A DNA stretch of 24,116 nt. Source: Ginkgo biloba (Eukaryota > Plantae > Ginkgophyta). A program made the translations under genes and the position numbers. The stretch's first letter is position 1. Every line of letters begins with the position of its first letter. Positions 23,364 through 24,116 of the stretch are shown here, in pieces. The stretch is from positions 17,659,238 to 17,683,353 of the forward strand of contig JANKJI020000001.1 of the NCBI GenBank assembly GCA_024626585.2, read 5' to 3'. The notes beneath the pieces were generated by a model. The model had not been told where the DNA came from. It did not search any database and worked only from the letters and a program-made list of their open reading frames with translations.

Positions 23364-23833
23364 CATCACGAGCAACTGTGCCAGCCGATCTTGGCATTAT
23401 TTGGTAAACCTCATAAGCACTGCAGATTGGACCGAATTTCCCAGAAGTGCCTTCTAAAGAGACCTTCAGTTTACCAACTGAATGAATCTGAAAATCAAAC
23501 AGTCTGTTCTTTGAAGTACCATTCCCTAAAATATCAAAATGTTGATGCTGCAATTCCCCATTCGCATATATGTCAAACACTCTTTGACCAACGTGAACAT
23601 CATCCAGAACTTCCTGAAAATACAAGAACACACGATAGTGTGCAGGTTCCTGGTTTTCGGGTTCAATTGTAAATTCCAAACGTGATCTATTAAACTCTGC
23701 CCTTGCGCTTTGTAGTACTTGGATGGGGACCATGTTATCATTGCTGATGGAACTGATATTTATTGAAATAGAGTTTTCATCGGTAGAAAGGGTATCATTA
23801 TGCCAGATGCGATCCAATGAGTCACTTGGGTAC
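23364..23833 (-). CDS. SYMRK: SYMRK exon: second half of malectin-like domain
   Basis: CAG acceptor at 23834-36, GTAAAC donor at 23363. The 470 nt exon is open: (R)YPSDSLDRIW...PIQVLQSA...YRVFLYFQE...GQRVFDIYANG...FGPICSAYEVYQI...TVARD. Confidence 0.95.
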
Positions 23834-24116
23834 CTGACATGTAAATGCAAAATAAAAAATAATACACGAGATATATCCACAAGGTATCCAATATCCACGT
23901 CACAAATCCATGCAGTAGCAATATAACGCTCTAGAATCATAATGGGGATTACCTTAGCCCAAGAAACCTCAAAGAGACTCACTTGAGTCTAAAATATTAA
24001 ATAGTAGCAAATAAGTAGAAATATGATCAGATCAAATTTGAATTATATCTTAGAAGTAAATCTTAGATGCCCTTATATACTTAAAATGGGCTTCTTTATC
24101 CTTAATTCTAGCCTAC

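Larger units (their letters stand above)
2981..23833 (-). pseudogene. SYMRK: SYMRK/NORK/DMI2-like symbiosis receptor kinase locus (5' exons outside window), probably disrupted
   Basis: Manually spliced exons give a malectin-like domain, WSGDPC motif, juxtamembrane region and kinase with SYMRK-typical strings [87 protein letters not shown] and a C-terminal ...PHPR*. Intron phases are consistent. Gene identity confidence is ~0.9; pseudogene status is less certain because of gaps. Confidence 0.75.

Noticed and set aside
23834-23988. N-terminal 50 aa of the 239-aa ORF and a possible 6-nt micro-exon (AG-ACTCAA-GTGAGT)
   Set aside because: The ORF extension is intron read-through before the acceptor at 23834; the micro-exon is unsupported without transcripts.
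1-24116. ORFs spanning N runs; tRNA/rRNA/CRISPR or prokaryotic systems
   Set aside because: N-spanning ORFs are gap artefacts. No RNA-gene or repeat-spacer pattern was seen, and the sequence is spliceosomal plant DNA.

Overview
Eukaryotic, AT-rich, gap-ridden land-plant genomic DNA. The old repeats and large TE-filled introns are gymnosperm-like, but that is an inference. The window is dominated by a minus-strand, multi-exon malectin-like/GDPC/kinase receptor gene that I identify as SYMRK (NORK/DMI2), the receptor kinase of the common symbiosis pathway; its 5' exons lie beyond 24116. The visible malectin, GDPC and four kinase exons are open with canonical GT-AG sites. However, the locus looks broken in three ways: (i) the transmembrane exon survives only as a 3' stub with an in-frame TAG, fused to foreign sequence at ~17562; (ii) the last kinase exon is cut after 'MWRIVE' at 3346 by foreign sequence, with the true C-terminus reappearing beyond a gap; (iii) no LRR exons are visible. 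This suggests a recently TE-inactivated SYMRK, with the caveat that many 100-N gaps have unknown size. The ~12.3 kb last intron holds a decayed Ty3/gypsy chromovirus with two diverged LTRs. Inside it sits a two-exon, intron-retaining 5' fragment of a CTF7/ECO1-like gene with a PCNA-binding PIP box, antisense to SYMRK. Other remnants are a LINE RT fragment, a zinc-knuckle gag and an isolated LTR. No RNA genes or CRISPR arrays were seen.
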